64,000 nucleotides of DNA from Styela clava. Its lineage: Eukaryota. Positions within the stretch are counted from its first letter, which is position 1, and every line of letters starts with the position of its first letter. The notes beneath the pieces were generated by a model. That model was not told where the DNA came from, made no database searches, and was given only the letters and a program-made list of their open reading frames with translations. The position numbers and the translations under genes were made by a program. Shown here piece after piece: positions 13,601 to 24,890 of this stretch. The stretch spans positions 15,376,001-15,440,000 of the forward strand of contig NC_135251.1 in the NCBI RefSeq assembly GCF_964204865.1, read 5' to 3'.

Positions 13601-16600
13601 TCACCATCTCATAGGTGAGGTCATTCCATGCATTTGATTTACCCTTATATCTTCATCATAAAAATATCTAATAGTGTGTATCAGTTCTTCCAAATTTTGT
13701 CCATATTTTCCAGAAAGCAAAACTAACTTTTTATCTTCACCAAATTCTGTTTTAAATTGGTTTGTAAAGTCTAACAAATGTTCTTTGGCTTCTGGAAGAT
13801 CCAACTTATTGGCGACATATATGGAAGGTCTTTCTGATAAAACCTTTTCATACTCAGATAATTCCTTCCTGTACAAAATAATATTTAACTTGATGTTAAT
13901 ATTCCACAATATAGTAGGACTTTGGTTCCCCTAAATTATTGTTAACAGTTCCACACTCTTTTCAACATTTTATAATCAAAATGGATATTTTTGAAACGAT
14001 ACATAATTGCCTGTATCATAGCTCTAAATGTGACCTTATTAAACCAACTCTAAATTGAATTTAAAGTTCTTATGTATGCGCGAATAGTACATCTTACTAT
14101 TAATCTGTACATACTCAAATATGACTATTTTAAAAAACTCACACAAGTATCTAAAAAATCTTAACAATGTATACCTTAGCGTCTGAAGGTGTTGCCACGG
14201 ATCTGGTTCTGACAGATCTAATAAAAATATGAAAAATCTACATCGTTCAATGTGACGAAGAAATGTTAATCCGAGACCTTGATTCTTGTGTGCCCCTTCT
14301 ATAATTCCAGGAATATCTGCAACTAAAAAATCAAAAATGAGAATTAGTGGGTGCTTTAAGAATTGTCAGTCATATATATTTGACAGGTTTTGATTCATCG
14401 CACACAAAATTTTATGTGAAATTTTTTGTCATGACATACATGAGAATTGCAAATTTTATTGTGCATTAGATAAATTTATACATTCACATCCGAAATAGAA
14501 CATTTTATATGACAGCATAACTATGATAATACATCAAAATCTATATTGCAATGTGTAAAAGGATGTTTCACATGTAACCAGGATATTACGTAATTCTACA
14601 TCATGTAGGTATATTCCCAGACTATATGTAATATGTATTATGTATAGAATCAGTCCTGAATAAAATTCTGTGAATAAAATTAAAATTGGCACTGGCCCGT
14701 CATGTTTTTTCAATGAACCATACAAGTAAGGAGGTATCACAAACATAACTGATAAAAGTATACATTGAAAATTTATAATAAGGCTGGGGTTAATTTAATC
14801 AACACAAGCTGTAGAAGAGCTTTGTTGTCTACAAACAATATTCGTGATATCTCTAGCAATTTACAGAAAAAAAATGAAAGAATAGGTCATGGTAACCAAT
14901 GGGTGGACTTCTATTGAAAAAAAAAAATAATTTTCAGAACAAAAAAAAAATTCCACTCGTGCTAATGTATATTGGTGGAAAAAAAGGGATTTGTGTGTGA
15001 AAATTGAATTAGACTACATTTAAGTGAAATTTATTGATAACTGCTTTTTGAATATTTAAAGAAAATTCAAAATATTGCTCATTGAAAAGTGTAGCCTGCA
15101 AGACAAAACATTTGCTAACCCTATAGTTCATATGATCAGTAAAACCCTCAAGGAGTATCACACAACAAAATTTTCTGTTTCAGTTTTAAATTAGCAACGG
15201 TTGACTGTATAACTCCATGTGGGTAAAGGAAATGGTACTCCCGTAGTGTGTGTACCAGGTTAGGGTTAGGCCATAATTTTTATTCAGATTTACCTTATTT
15301 TAGTTCTATTACAACTACAAGTTCGGGGGCTGTCTGTGTTAGCCAAGTGAATATACCTCCTGCCCATATAGGCTTCAGTCCTTCACACAACTCGATGTAA
15401 AGAAGGCAAACAAACTGGTTACCTCCATATTGGTACACACGCTACTGGAGCGCTAAATAAATCGCTTGCGGATTTAGCAGTTTTGCTTGTGAGTTGTGGC
15501 TTTTCAGTCCTTGCATTGAGTCAATAGCCATAAACGGTACTCTGTAAAACAATTGACTGAACCTCAATGATTTCTTTTGAGACATTACAGCTGTTTTAAA
15601 GTAACAATTTCCTCTTACTTGCTATTTGAGTAAAATCTTCAAAATGAAGAATCCCGACATGAGGCCGTAGAGTTGTGAACTGATAATCGCCAACCTGCGG
15701 TCTTGCTCGAGTTAAAATCCGAAGCAGCGTGGATTTTCCAGCATTCGGAAAGCCTATTAATCCTGCATGTGCAAGCGTTCGTAATTCCGCAACAAAAACT
15801 CTAGCATCTCCTGGCTGGCCAGGAGTACACTCTTCTGGTACAGTTTCAGTATTTGTAACAAAAAATCTAAAATTGTAGAAATTCACAAACTTCACATAAG
15901 GATTAAAAATAATACTATGGTGATGATGTATCTGCATGACAACCAAATTTAATCTTGACATTCAGCACCTGTCAAGAAAATCTTTTTAAATATGGTAAAT
16001 GGCCAATTTTGTTAAATTTATATTGCTGAATAATTATTAATTCCAAGTAGTATACTATAGATCAGGAGTGGCCAACATGTCGACCGCGATCGACCGGTCG
16101 ATCGTCACGTCTCGAGTAGTCAATCGAGTCTGATGTTGAGTAAATTTAATGACATACCCAAAAAAATTGCCTTAATTTGGTATGGACAAGCCCGACAGAG
16201 CATATTATTATGTGACCAATGCAGTTCCATTACATTTGAACCCACGTACATTTGAACCCATGACAATTGCACCTGCATGCTATTGCATGCACCTATGGTA
16301 ATTTTTTTTGTTTCACGGATAGTTAAACCCATACTAACCCTAACCCATGGGTTTTAGCACCCGCATATAGATTGAACCCGTGGATATACGCATGGGTTCA
16401 AATGTACATGGGTTCAAATGTACGGTCACCGACCAATGCAAGTTTCACTACTGCCAAGTTTTGGAAATGAACGAACGGACTGAATACCATCTGTCTTGAC
16501 TGACCAACGATCCTACAACAATTTCTGCACTGTGCGAAAGTTATTGTCTCACCCCATGAGTAGTGCAATAAACTTTATTCGCAACGATAGCAGTGGCATC

Positions 16601-18944
16601 AGACAGCCCAATTTTTTCTCTAATTTCAAGCGACCAAAGAATAGGACTTGAAGAAAATTGTGAATTAGATACTGAAGTTCGAAATGTATTATCTATGGTT
16701 TGAGAACATTATTTATTCGCTGTTTATATAATACATGGATACTTTTCAAGGATTTTTGAGGAATTGAAAACACTTATGACTAAAAATTAGACAGGCCTCA
16801 GATCGGAATTGTATGCTTTGAATAAATCTAAAATGAATGATGAAACATTTACTCCATTACATAATCACATTAACAAATTGAATGGAGCATAAAAATGCAA
16901 ATTTTTGTGGTAATTTCATTGAGAATGCAGAGCCACCGCAGAGCCGAGTATTCATTCATGCAGTATTCATTCATTTTTTGTTTATGACCTCATTACCGAT
17001 TTTAGTCGATCACTGTCCAAAGCAGGTTGGCCACCCCTGCTATAGATAATGATTTCATACACAAAAATGATCTAGGACTTGGATTTCTGTAAAACTCTAC
17101 ATTTTCAAACAGCATCACAAATTATGCTAAAAAAATGCTGGCTTACATTACTCAATACCAAATGGTACTAAAGTATTATGACTATACAGGAATATGTGTT
17201 TATTATTTTGTGTACAGTTTGAGTGCTTTAAATGACATCCAGTATATATTAAATAAACAAACACAAACCTATTACCCTTTCCACCTAATCCACCATAAGC
17301 TGCTACAAATTCATCGCCATGTTTCACCAAGTCTTCAACTACTGAACCATCTTCACATCTGAAATAAGTACCGACTGGAAACTAAAAAAATATTGTGTTT
17401 CAGTGTCCTGTATATTTATAATAATATTGGTATCTAAAAATCAAAATACCTTAACAAATTTATCCTTTCCGTTCTTTCCAAAGCAATTATATCCTCCGCC
17501 ATCTATTCCGTCATCAGCCTGGTATAATGGCGATAACTTTTCTAAAGATTTCATATTGGAATCAGCTGAAAATATAATAAATTCAATTCATATGTTGCAA
17601 ATTTACTATTTCAGGTTTGCATGGTCAGTTGTGTGAAAACGCAAATCAGAGCATGAAAGTGATTGTCATAATGCCAATTACCCCAAAGATGGAGAAAAAT
17701 TTTATCCATTCTGTCATAGCAAATTTTCCAAAATGTAGAACATATTCCAAAATAGCTACTAACATATACAGTACAATAGAGAAAAAGTAAGGGGTACATA
17801 GCTCTGTATTTACCAGGTCTGTGAAGTATGATTTGGCATGTTTATTTTTTTAATTTCAGCTGAAGCTATATTTTTAAAATACCCCGAGTTGAAAATAAAG
17901 AAAAAATTTCAACTTTTTAGGTGGTAATCAAAGTCAAAAGTTTCAACAGTGATTAAAAATGCATCACTTGACTAACATTCTCAACAGACAAACAAAGAAG
18001 GCTAGTATAAACCAAGGCTGGAGGAGGGTTAAATAGTAATTAAATGTCCCGAAGTTTTTAGATTCTACATCTGGCATATTCAAATCATGTAATTAGTTTG
18101 TGACTTTCACTAACATATTTAGATAACAAAATACGATCGATACAAAATCAATTACTTCTACCTACAAATACAACATTGCCTCCATTTCCACCGTTTCCAC
18201 CATCAGGTCCACCCATAGGACGATTTTTTTCTCTCAAAAACGATGATCTTCCATCTCCTCCTTTGCCTGCATAGACTTTTATCAACTTGTGGTCAATGAA
18301 CTTTTGAGCCTAAATAAAACAGAAATAGGTTTTATGGCATTCACACATAATATAACTTGAAGTATACAATTCATAGTTCATACATCCCACAAATAAAAAT
18401 GAAATGAGGACACAAGTGGCATCAATTAATAAATGCATAACTTCAGTACTGATTGGCAAACTTCACATCGTTACATTTTACTCAATGTGCATTTTAACTG
18501 GTAGCAAGCAAACCATTCAAACTTAATGCAGTGATGTTATTCATGGCATAAGTGCCATCTAAAACTTTGGTCACAATGCGGATAGTAATATACCACATTA
18601 AACTAATTTATTTAAATTCGTAAAAAGCTAAAATCACTTCAGTCATTCTCTAAGTCAACCAAAAAAGGGTTTATTAAACTGTATCATTCAGATAGAAACA
18701 ACTTGGAAAAAACTTTTGATTTGACACACTGGCATTCTATGAATCAAATATAAGGAACAGCCAATCACTACCTAAGGAATCGGCTATATCTTACCAATTC
18801 TTCTTCCGTTCTATATGGCTTGCCAGTGATAATTTTTTTCTTACGAGAATATTGAGATGAAATAGAGAAAGTATTGCAAATAAATGTGAAATGGCATGAC
18901 TTGTTACAAAAAAGACTAATTATTCTATGTGATATACAAAGCAT
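13601..18944 (-). CDS. MTG2: Mitochondrial ribosome-associated GTPase 2 (Obg family, GTPBP5/ObgH1), 7 exons, complete
   Basis: Exons 18944-18795, 18309-18162, 17565-17450, 17381-17269, 15866-15619, 14322-14175 and 13868-13601. Gly-rich Obg fold ([14 protein letters not shown]), G1 [15 protein letters not shown]2 FTTLRP, G3 [17 protein letters not shown] and G4 NKLD. The HAG before G1 and the basic/hydroxylated N-terminal extension favour MTG2 over GTPBP10. Confidence 0.93.
15234..15452. mobile_element. Merlin-like MITE, long form, in MTG2 intron
   Basis: GGTACTCCCGTAGTGTGTGTACCA ... TGGTACACACGCTACTGGAGCGC, with internal GGTTAGGGTTAGGCCATAAT shared with the 22574 and 38848 copies. Confidence 0.65.
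16063..17039. mobile_element. Non-autonomous hAT element in MTG2 intron, containing a nested MITE
   Basis: TIR CAGGAGTGGCCAAC / GTTGGCCACCCCTG; perfect 8-bp TSD CTATAGAT (16055-16062, 17040-17047). Confidence 0.85.
16223..16430. mobile_element. Nested palindromic MITE with 9-10 bp TSD
   Basis: Doubled TACATTTGAACCCA arms in inverted orientation, internal CTAACCCTAACCC, and flanking direct repeat GACCAATGC(A) at 16214 and 16431. Confidence 0.75.
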
Positions 18945-19879
18945 TTAGCAGTTATATCATGCTATATATAGTGATTTTAATCTAAATTTACTAAAATATG
19001 ACAGACAGACATTATTTTATAAACAATGAACAGAAAATGGAAATAGAATAAATGACAAAATGAAACATCTTCGAATCAATGCAGTTTTATTCTTCAGCAC
19101 AAGGAATATTTCATTACCAAATAATAGCAGTTGTTGAATCGACTGATTTCAGGATTTCAAGGTTTATTTGCTTATAATAATGTGTGTCACTTGATAATAA
19201 AAACTCAACCAAAACACCATATTTCTATGATATTGTAACAGGACTACTTAAAAGAAACATACTAACATAGCCTAGAAAGAAAAACTTGATACCACAATTC
19301 AGCAATTTTAAAAAGGTCTAAATTGGAAACAAATATCAAAATAAATGGGAATACTATTTTCATTTTTGTAAAAATATGATTGAACAGAACAATTCAGCAA
19401 TTAATGTAAACATAGAATTATAACAACTTTACATTACTCTGCTTTCCAGTTGTTCATAATGATTATTTTTCAAAGCCTTATTCAGTGTCAGCCAAATAAT
19501 ATGTTATATTATGTTTAACTCATATTCAACATTACTAGTACCTGGGTATTTGGTTGTAATGTCATATCTACTGTATCTGACAATAGAATACAATAATTAG
19601 CCAACATATCGAAATATTATGCGTATGCGGTATCATATTCTAATATATCATAGTCTCATCTGAATACCGAAATAGCCATTTGATAGATCACAAAACAGAC
19701 AACTGGACAAGAGAGTATTCCATTTGTCCATGGCATTTTTGAGCAGTTTGTCAGTAAATTACCATTAAATCTCAGTCTCGGTGGGAACCACCATCATTTG
19801 ATGGTCTATAAAGGCAGAAAGGTAAGATAATCATCATACTCTCAGTATAAACATTCCAGACAAGCTGCTTGGAAAATAT

Positions 19880-20164
19880 TTACAGGTTTCCACCAGTTTG
19901 CTGAGTGAAAACATCTATTGTATCATCGTCCTCCATTTCAAGCTTTTCTGGGGTGTCCTCGAGCGAAATAGCCGTCCCGTCAAAACGAAACCGCATGGCT
20001 TCTATTTGAACTCCTTGCCGATCACAATATGCAGTAATCAGTTTTTTCATTGGCGTGCGACGTTTAATCTTGAATTGAATTACCGAGCCATCTTGTCCTG
20101 ACACCTTTAGGTTTATATGTTGATCGCCGTCAGGCTTAACATCCTTAGGTTTTGCATCAGCCAT
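19880..20164 (-). CDS. SUMO: Small ubiquitin-like modifier, SUMO2/3-like, 94 aa, no intron in CDS
   Basis: [35 protein letters not shown]...FRFDG...[25 protein letters not shown]. It has the diglycine plus 2-residue propeptide and an N-terminal VKPD sumoylation consensus typical of SUMO2/3. The real ATG is 20164, not the upstream start used by the ORF track. Confidence 0.97.
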   Translation of the reverse strand: MADAKPKDVKPDGDQHINLKVSGQDGSVIQFKIKRRTPMKKLITAYCDRQGVQIEAMRFRFDGTAISLEDTPEKLEMEDDDTIDVFTQQTGGNL

Positions 20165-20259
20165 CACAAGCCTGAACAATTCACACAACTTCTGTATTTC
20201 GTTAACAGTAAAGTCAAGCTGAATTGAGCCGCAGCGCAACAACAACCATCACAAAGCGT

Positions 20260-20296
20260 GGACGACGGCGCGGAATTAGTGCGCCATCTTCCGGGG
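20260..20296 (-). promoter_or_regulatory. Probable housekeeping core promoter of SUMO (YY1 and ETS-like motifs, CpG-rich patch)
   Basis: The minus strand reads CCGGAAGATGGCGC (ETS CCGGAAG overlapping YY1 AAGATGGCG) about 120 bp upstream of the ATG, in a locally CpG-rich segment. Confidence 0.55.
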
Positions 20297-20863
20297 CAGA
20301 ATATTGATTACAAAAACTTGACTTGAAGTGTACCAATGGATAGTTTTGTTGGTATGTTGTTGTTCTCGTTAGCCTTTTCTTAGGTTACCGGCAAATGCTG
20401 GTTTGACGACTATCAATCAATCAATCAATACAACAGAACCACAAAAGGAGAAAAAATTGCAGGGGTCCCGGAAACATACACGATATAAAATTAGGCAATA
20501 ACTTTTAAATACAAAACAATGAAAATTTCAGCAAACAGTGCGGGTCGAACTCGAAACGATGCATTGGTCGACTTCACGTTCAGTAAAATGCAAAACAATG
20601 AGAATTTCAGCGGACTGTGCGAGTCGAAACAACCCACGAGTTCACTTCAGCAAAATGCAAACGAGCAAAACAAAGTAAAATTGAGTGCTTTTTGTGCTTA
20701 GACCCAATTATCCCATCCAGTGGTTTTTGGAAGAGTATACCATATTAAACTTGCACAAATGCCCAATAGTTTCACTTTATAAATACTGGGTTCCAATATT
20801 AAGATAACAACGAAATAAAGTAACTTCCTCTAATTTTAACAGAGAGGAGAGTGTACATAAGCC

Positions 20864-21037
20864 ATGTCAAAGAACGGGAAATGGAGATTCTCGATCACAT
20901 ATACAGGAGCATATAAACTTGTTCAATTCATCATATCTATCAGTGCAATGATAATGACGTTCATAATGATGATAAAAATTTGCACAGTTTTGAACAGGAT
21001 TCCAGAATATGGCGGAAAAACAATTATTGCCGAATGA
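20864..21037 (+). pseudogene. Truncated paralog of the MARVEL-like gene at 31673 (first TM only)
   Basis: MSKNGKWRFSITYTGAYKLVQFIISISAMIMTFIMMIKICTVLNRIPEYGGKTIIAE* aligns to MADNRNWRYLMTKTGVYKFVQLIISAGAMIMTFIMMIKIRIILNNSPEFKGKTI. Both have an AG acceptor and an ATAAGCCATG start context. Homology ends at about 21025. Confidence 0.85.
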
Positions 21038-22573
21038 AGTGTGACCGAATATGTAAATTCTCATTTTATTATAAGACAAAAGCAAACTATACGTGCATTA
21101 TTAACAGTGGCAGTTGCTGATAAATGCATATACACGGGATATATAATTAGAAGATTTACAGTATTATATACTAAATAAATATTAAAAATAAAAATGAGAA
21201 ATTATTCGAACCAGCGACACGAACATATGATGGCATAGATTGTGGTTATACTATCACATGTGGAGTGATATTTTGCTAACAGTTTGTTTGCTGTTATCTT
21301 AGAGAAAGGCTTTTAACTCCGAATGTTGTTTTCTTGAATTGCATTTTACGACTTGTTTGTAAATTTATCTTATGCCGGCAGACGTCACTGATAAAGGTGG
21401 AAGTAGGGGTAAGCCTAGCAGACAATACAACTAAATTATGAACGCGTTATTGTAGATGTAGAGAGAGAGAGTGGGAAAGAAAGTTCATTTAATTTGTCAA
21501 AGCAAAAACACACGATTTATGCGGTGTCTTCAAAATGTCGTGTTCCACTTGTCTTACGTGTCCGACTCGTCCCACGTGTTCTACATTCAATCGTTAAATT
21601 TATCAAACCAAATAACTAGATGTCCATGTGATTCATTTGTTCGGTAAATTTTGTAATAATGATATTATTACTGTATACATAGTAAAACAATTAAGCAATG
21701 CTCGAATATATGAACACGGTGATTGCGCATAGGCATCGCTATGGCACACCGAGTTTGGTGAATAGATCGAAATGTTCCGAGAATGAAGCGATTCAACTTG
21801 GGCATCAGAGTCAGATGCCCCCTCGGGATTTAAGGACCTCGACAATAAATAATGATGTTTCATGAGTATTTTTTATTTGTGTCTTATTTTATTTGATAAT
21901 TTTTTTATTGATATTTAAAGCACAGTTGACACAGTACAGTTACAGCATTATTGATCACTAATCATAAAATATACACATCCATAAACATATAAAGGGTGGG
22001 CATCAGTGATGAGCTGGAAAAATCGTAACAACCGGAACGCACCTAATTCACAAAAATGTAATATATTCCGAACACGACGCGGACGTTTACAGAACTGCAA
22101 ATAAATTATATATATGAAATATGTTTGTGTGAAATTATTGAAGTATTCATAGCAATTCAATACAAACCTCATTAGGAAGGTATAGAATGAATTTTCACGG
22201 GGTGAAAGGTCGGGGGAACTTATACAACCGGAATGTCGTTCCGGCCACAGCTCACCACTGGTGGGCATTGGGTAACCTTTTTTGATTTGCGTGCCAAAAT
22301 TGACTAAATAAAATGGCAAAATTCCTCCGCTCGGCAATGAATTTGTGAAAATGTATTAAATCAAATATGAATTTATTCTTTTTAAAAACAATGCTTTGCT
22401 ACTTTCAAAGCAAAACCTGCAGGATAATAAACCTTTTAAACAGGTATTAAATTACATTTCAAGAAAATATTAGTCCGACAAAAATATTTTTATCAATTTT
22501 CTTTTGCTATTTCAGTGAGACTTCTGCTACTGTATTATCGTTGACATAAATTTTATATCAGGTTTATATTTTG

Positions 22574-22809
22574 GGTGCTCCCGAAGTATGCGAACCAAGA
22601 TGGCGGACATCGGAACGTAACATGGGTAACAGGTTAGGGTTAGGCGATAATTTTTTTCCAATTTTCCTTATGTTAGTCCTATTATCAGTTCGAAGACTAG
22701 CCAAGAGCCTCTCGTAGTATTTATACCTAAAATTATGGCCTAACCCTAACCTAGTACAAATATTACATTCCGATGTCCACCATCTTGGTTCGCATACTTC
22801 GGGAGCCCC
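22574..22809. mobile_element. Merlin-like MITE, long form
   Basis: TIR of about 45 bp, GGTGCTCCCGAAGTATGCGAACCAAGATGG.GGACATCGGAA; 8-bp TSD ATATTTTG (22566-22573, 22810-22817); inverted GGTTAGGGTTAGG/CCTAACCCTAACC inside. Confidence 0.85.
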
Positions 22810-23406
22810 ATATTTTGTAACCTTCAACGAAATACACAAACTAATACCTTCATCAGTCAGGTACTTCTTTTACGATACTTAAAAAAAGTTCATCACTGAG
22901 AACAGTAATTCACTTCCATATGCGGATGTAGATAATAAATAAGCAAGCCAAACTAGCACGCGATCTACAACTTCCTACAATATATTTCTTTGTAACGTGA
23001 AAAACGTCGTGAGAAAAGAATACATACACAGCAAAACGAAAAGAGCCAACTTGTTGCTTAATCCTTAGCACTACTAAGCCCTAGAACGGGATAAAGTACA
23101 GGTAAAGGTAGTCCAACCAAAATATCGATTACAAAATGCTGACAATTCACGATCTTAGGAAATAGGATTCCGTGTATCCGCGATATATGAAAAACTCGAC
23201 GATTTGTGGCAGAGATTCCCTGTATTCGAAAATCCCTGACATTTAACATTTCTCCCTGGCGCAAATTTGACTACTGAAATCCCGGACATGTCAGGGAAAA
23301 ATATAGCATATGGCAACCCTAGTTTAAGTAAAGAACGGATTGTTAACAAACGAAGATAAAACAAAAACATTAAGTTTCATCAGATAATACGACATTTATC
23401 TAAAGA

Positions 23407-24050
23407 TGGCGCGGTGGTGTGGCTCATCGTGCTAAGCGTTAGGAATACGCCCGCTACCGCACCTCTGAAAACGTATGTTCGCAGGTCCGAATATCATGCG
23501 GGGATAGTAATATCATAGTTAACGGAATATTCAGTTAATAGGTAATGTGCAAGAGCATTGCTGGACTCCACGTCGCCGTAGAATGATTCACGTAACCGCT
23601 AGTCGGGTATACGGCTTTCTCCACCATCAAGTCCATGCTTCCGAAAACATACAAGAGAGCTGTGCTCAAATATATGGATACGTCACAAGGTGTCGCTATT
23701 TTATTCTGACATGAAAAAACGAATCTCTTGAAGTCCACAAAATTTTTGAAATAAGTAAAAACAATAGCCTTTTGACAAAAAAAAACAATCTTTAACCGCT
23801 GAAAATTTAGAAGCAATTGGTATAGTATTCGTAGAGAACAGCGATTTCATCATGACGAAAGAGAAAACTAACAAGAACAACAGCATAATATTGAAACGAT
23901 CGTTATGTACACTGACGTGTCCAATTGTAAGGTCCAATAACTAACTAGTCCCATACCCGACATGGAATGGTAACTGGAGGGGCCATGGTTCGCTATATTA
24001 TGTTTAAGCTGTCTTATCGGCTTTTCTCACCCCCAGGATAAGTATTCAAA
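23407..24050 (+). mobile_element. tRNA-derived SINE, interrupted at about 23650-23935
   Basis: 5' GGCGCGGTGGTGTGGCTCATCGTGCTAAGCG (A-box-like) and GGTCCGAAT (degenerate B-box). Body and tail recur reversed at 13300-13430 and 12220-12320. Confidence 0.6.
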
Positions 24051-24633
24051 TCTTATCTAAGGGAGGACCACGTTTCCAAGAACACGCTCGCGTGCCAGAT
24101 GGCTGTGCTTGGGTGCCAGGCTTGGAATGCGTGCCTCTAGTTGTATCGAGTAGGGATTTTTGTTTATTTTAGAGATAATATATCTCACACGGATTGAGAA
24201 ATAAGGATACAGAATCACTCTGGAAACGTAGGTAAATATAGATCTACATTGTTCCTAATCATCAGTGCGCTGGTCTAATAATCTGTAGTCCAGTGCAAAC
24301 TAAGGTGTTACACACACAAAATGCGTAATGTAAATTTAATTATAATTTGTGTTCATTGGATTCCGTTTTACAGTTGAGTTACTGGTTTACGGATAGTCAG
24401 ATAATGTTATTTTGTCTTCAAGATATACTTTCCATTTTTGCGTTATGCTATGGCATTATGTCAATCAATTGATGATATTGAAGTTTTATATTTTTGGTTA
24501 CTTTCTTTCATTTATCATTAACTTCGGACAGATATGTGGTGAAAACATTGCACTGAGGTTTAGAAACAAATAAGGTGGTGCAATATTGTTTACTTGATAA
24601 TTTTAACATAATCAATGGGTTGGCTGGTCTAAT

Positions 24634-24890
24634 CCAGGGGCGGGCAAGGTTTTTGGACCAAGGGCCAAAGATTTCGTCCACCTAGACTGTTGGGCAATGT
24701 AAGTGTAACGTAAAAGTTTTAAGTTGCAAACAATATTTAGTGTTACGATAGAAAAAGTGGAAAACTATAAACTCGAGTCAAAACTCAATTTAATCGCAAT
24801 CTCAACAAATTCCTTGATCATTTTTTTAGCTAAAACATATTAAAATTTTGTTTTAGTTTTGTTGTGGCAGCATCAGGCGGGCCAGATTGA
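24634..24890 (+). mobile_element. hAT MITE, 5' partial copy of the 32437 family
   Basis: Starts CAGGGGCGGGCAAGG; collinear similarity with 32437-32735 (GGGCCAAA, AAAGTGGAAA, CAACAAATTCCTTGA, TTTTAGTTT.GTTGTGGCA). Confidence 0.65.

Noticed and set aside
20165-20245. 27-aa N-terminal extension of SUMO in the ORF track
   Set aside because: It begins at a non-ATG codon; the ATG at 20164 gives the canonical MADxKPK start.
22630-22752. Interstitial telomere or chromosome fusion site (inverted TTAGGG/CCCTAA)
   Set aside because: Only about two units per arm, and they lie inside a multi-copy MITE.
23407-23500. tRNA gene
   Set aside because: No cloverleaf can be folded, and downstream sequence recurs elsewhere as a dispersed repeat, consistent with a SINE head.
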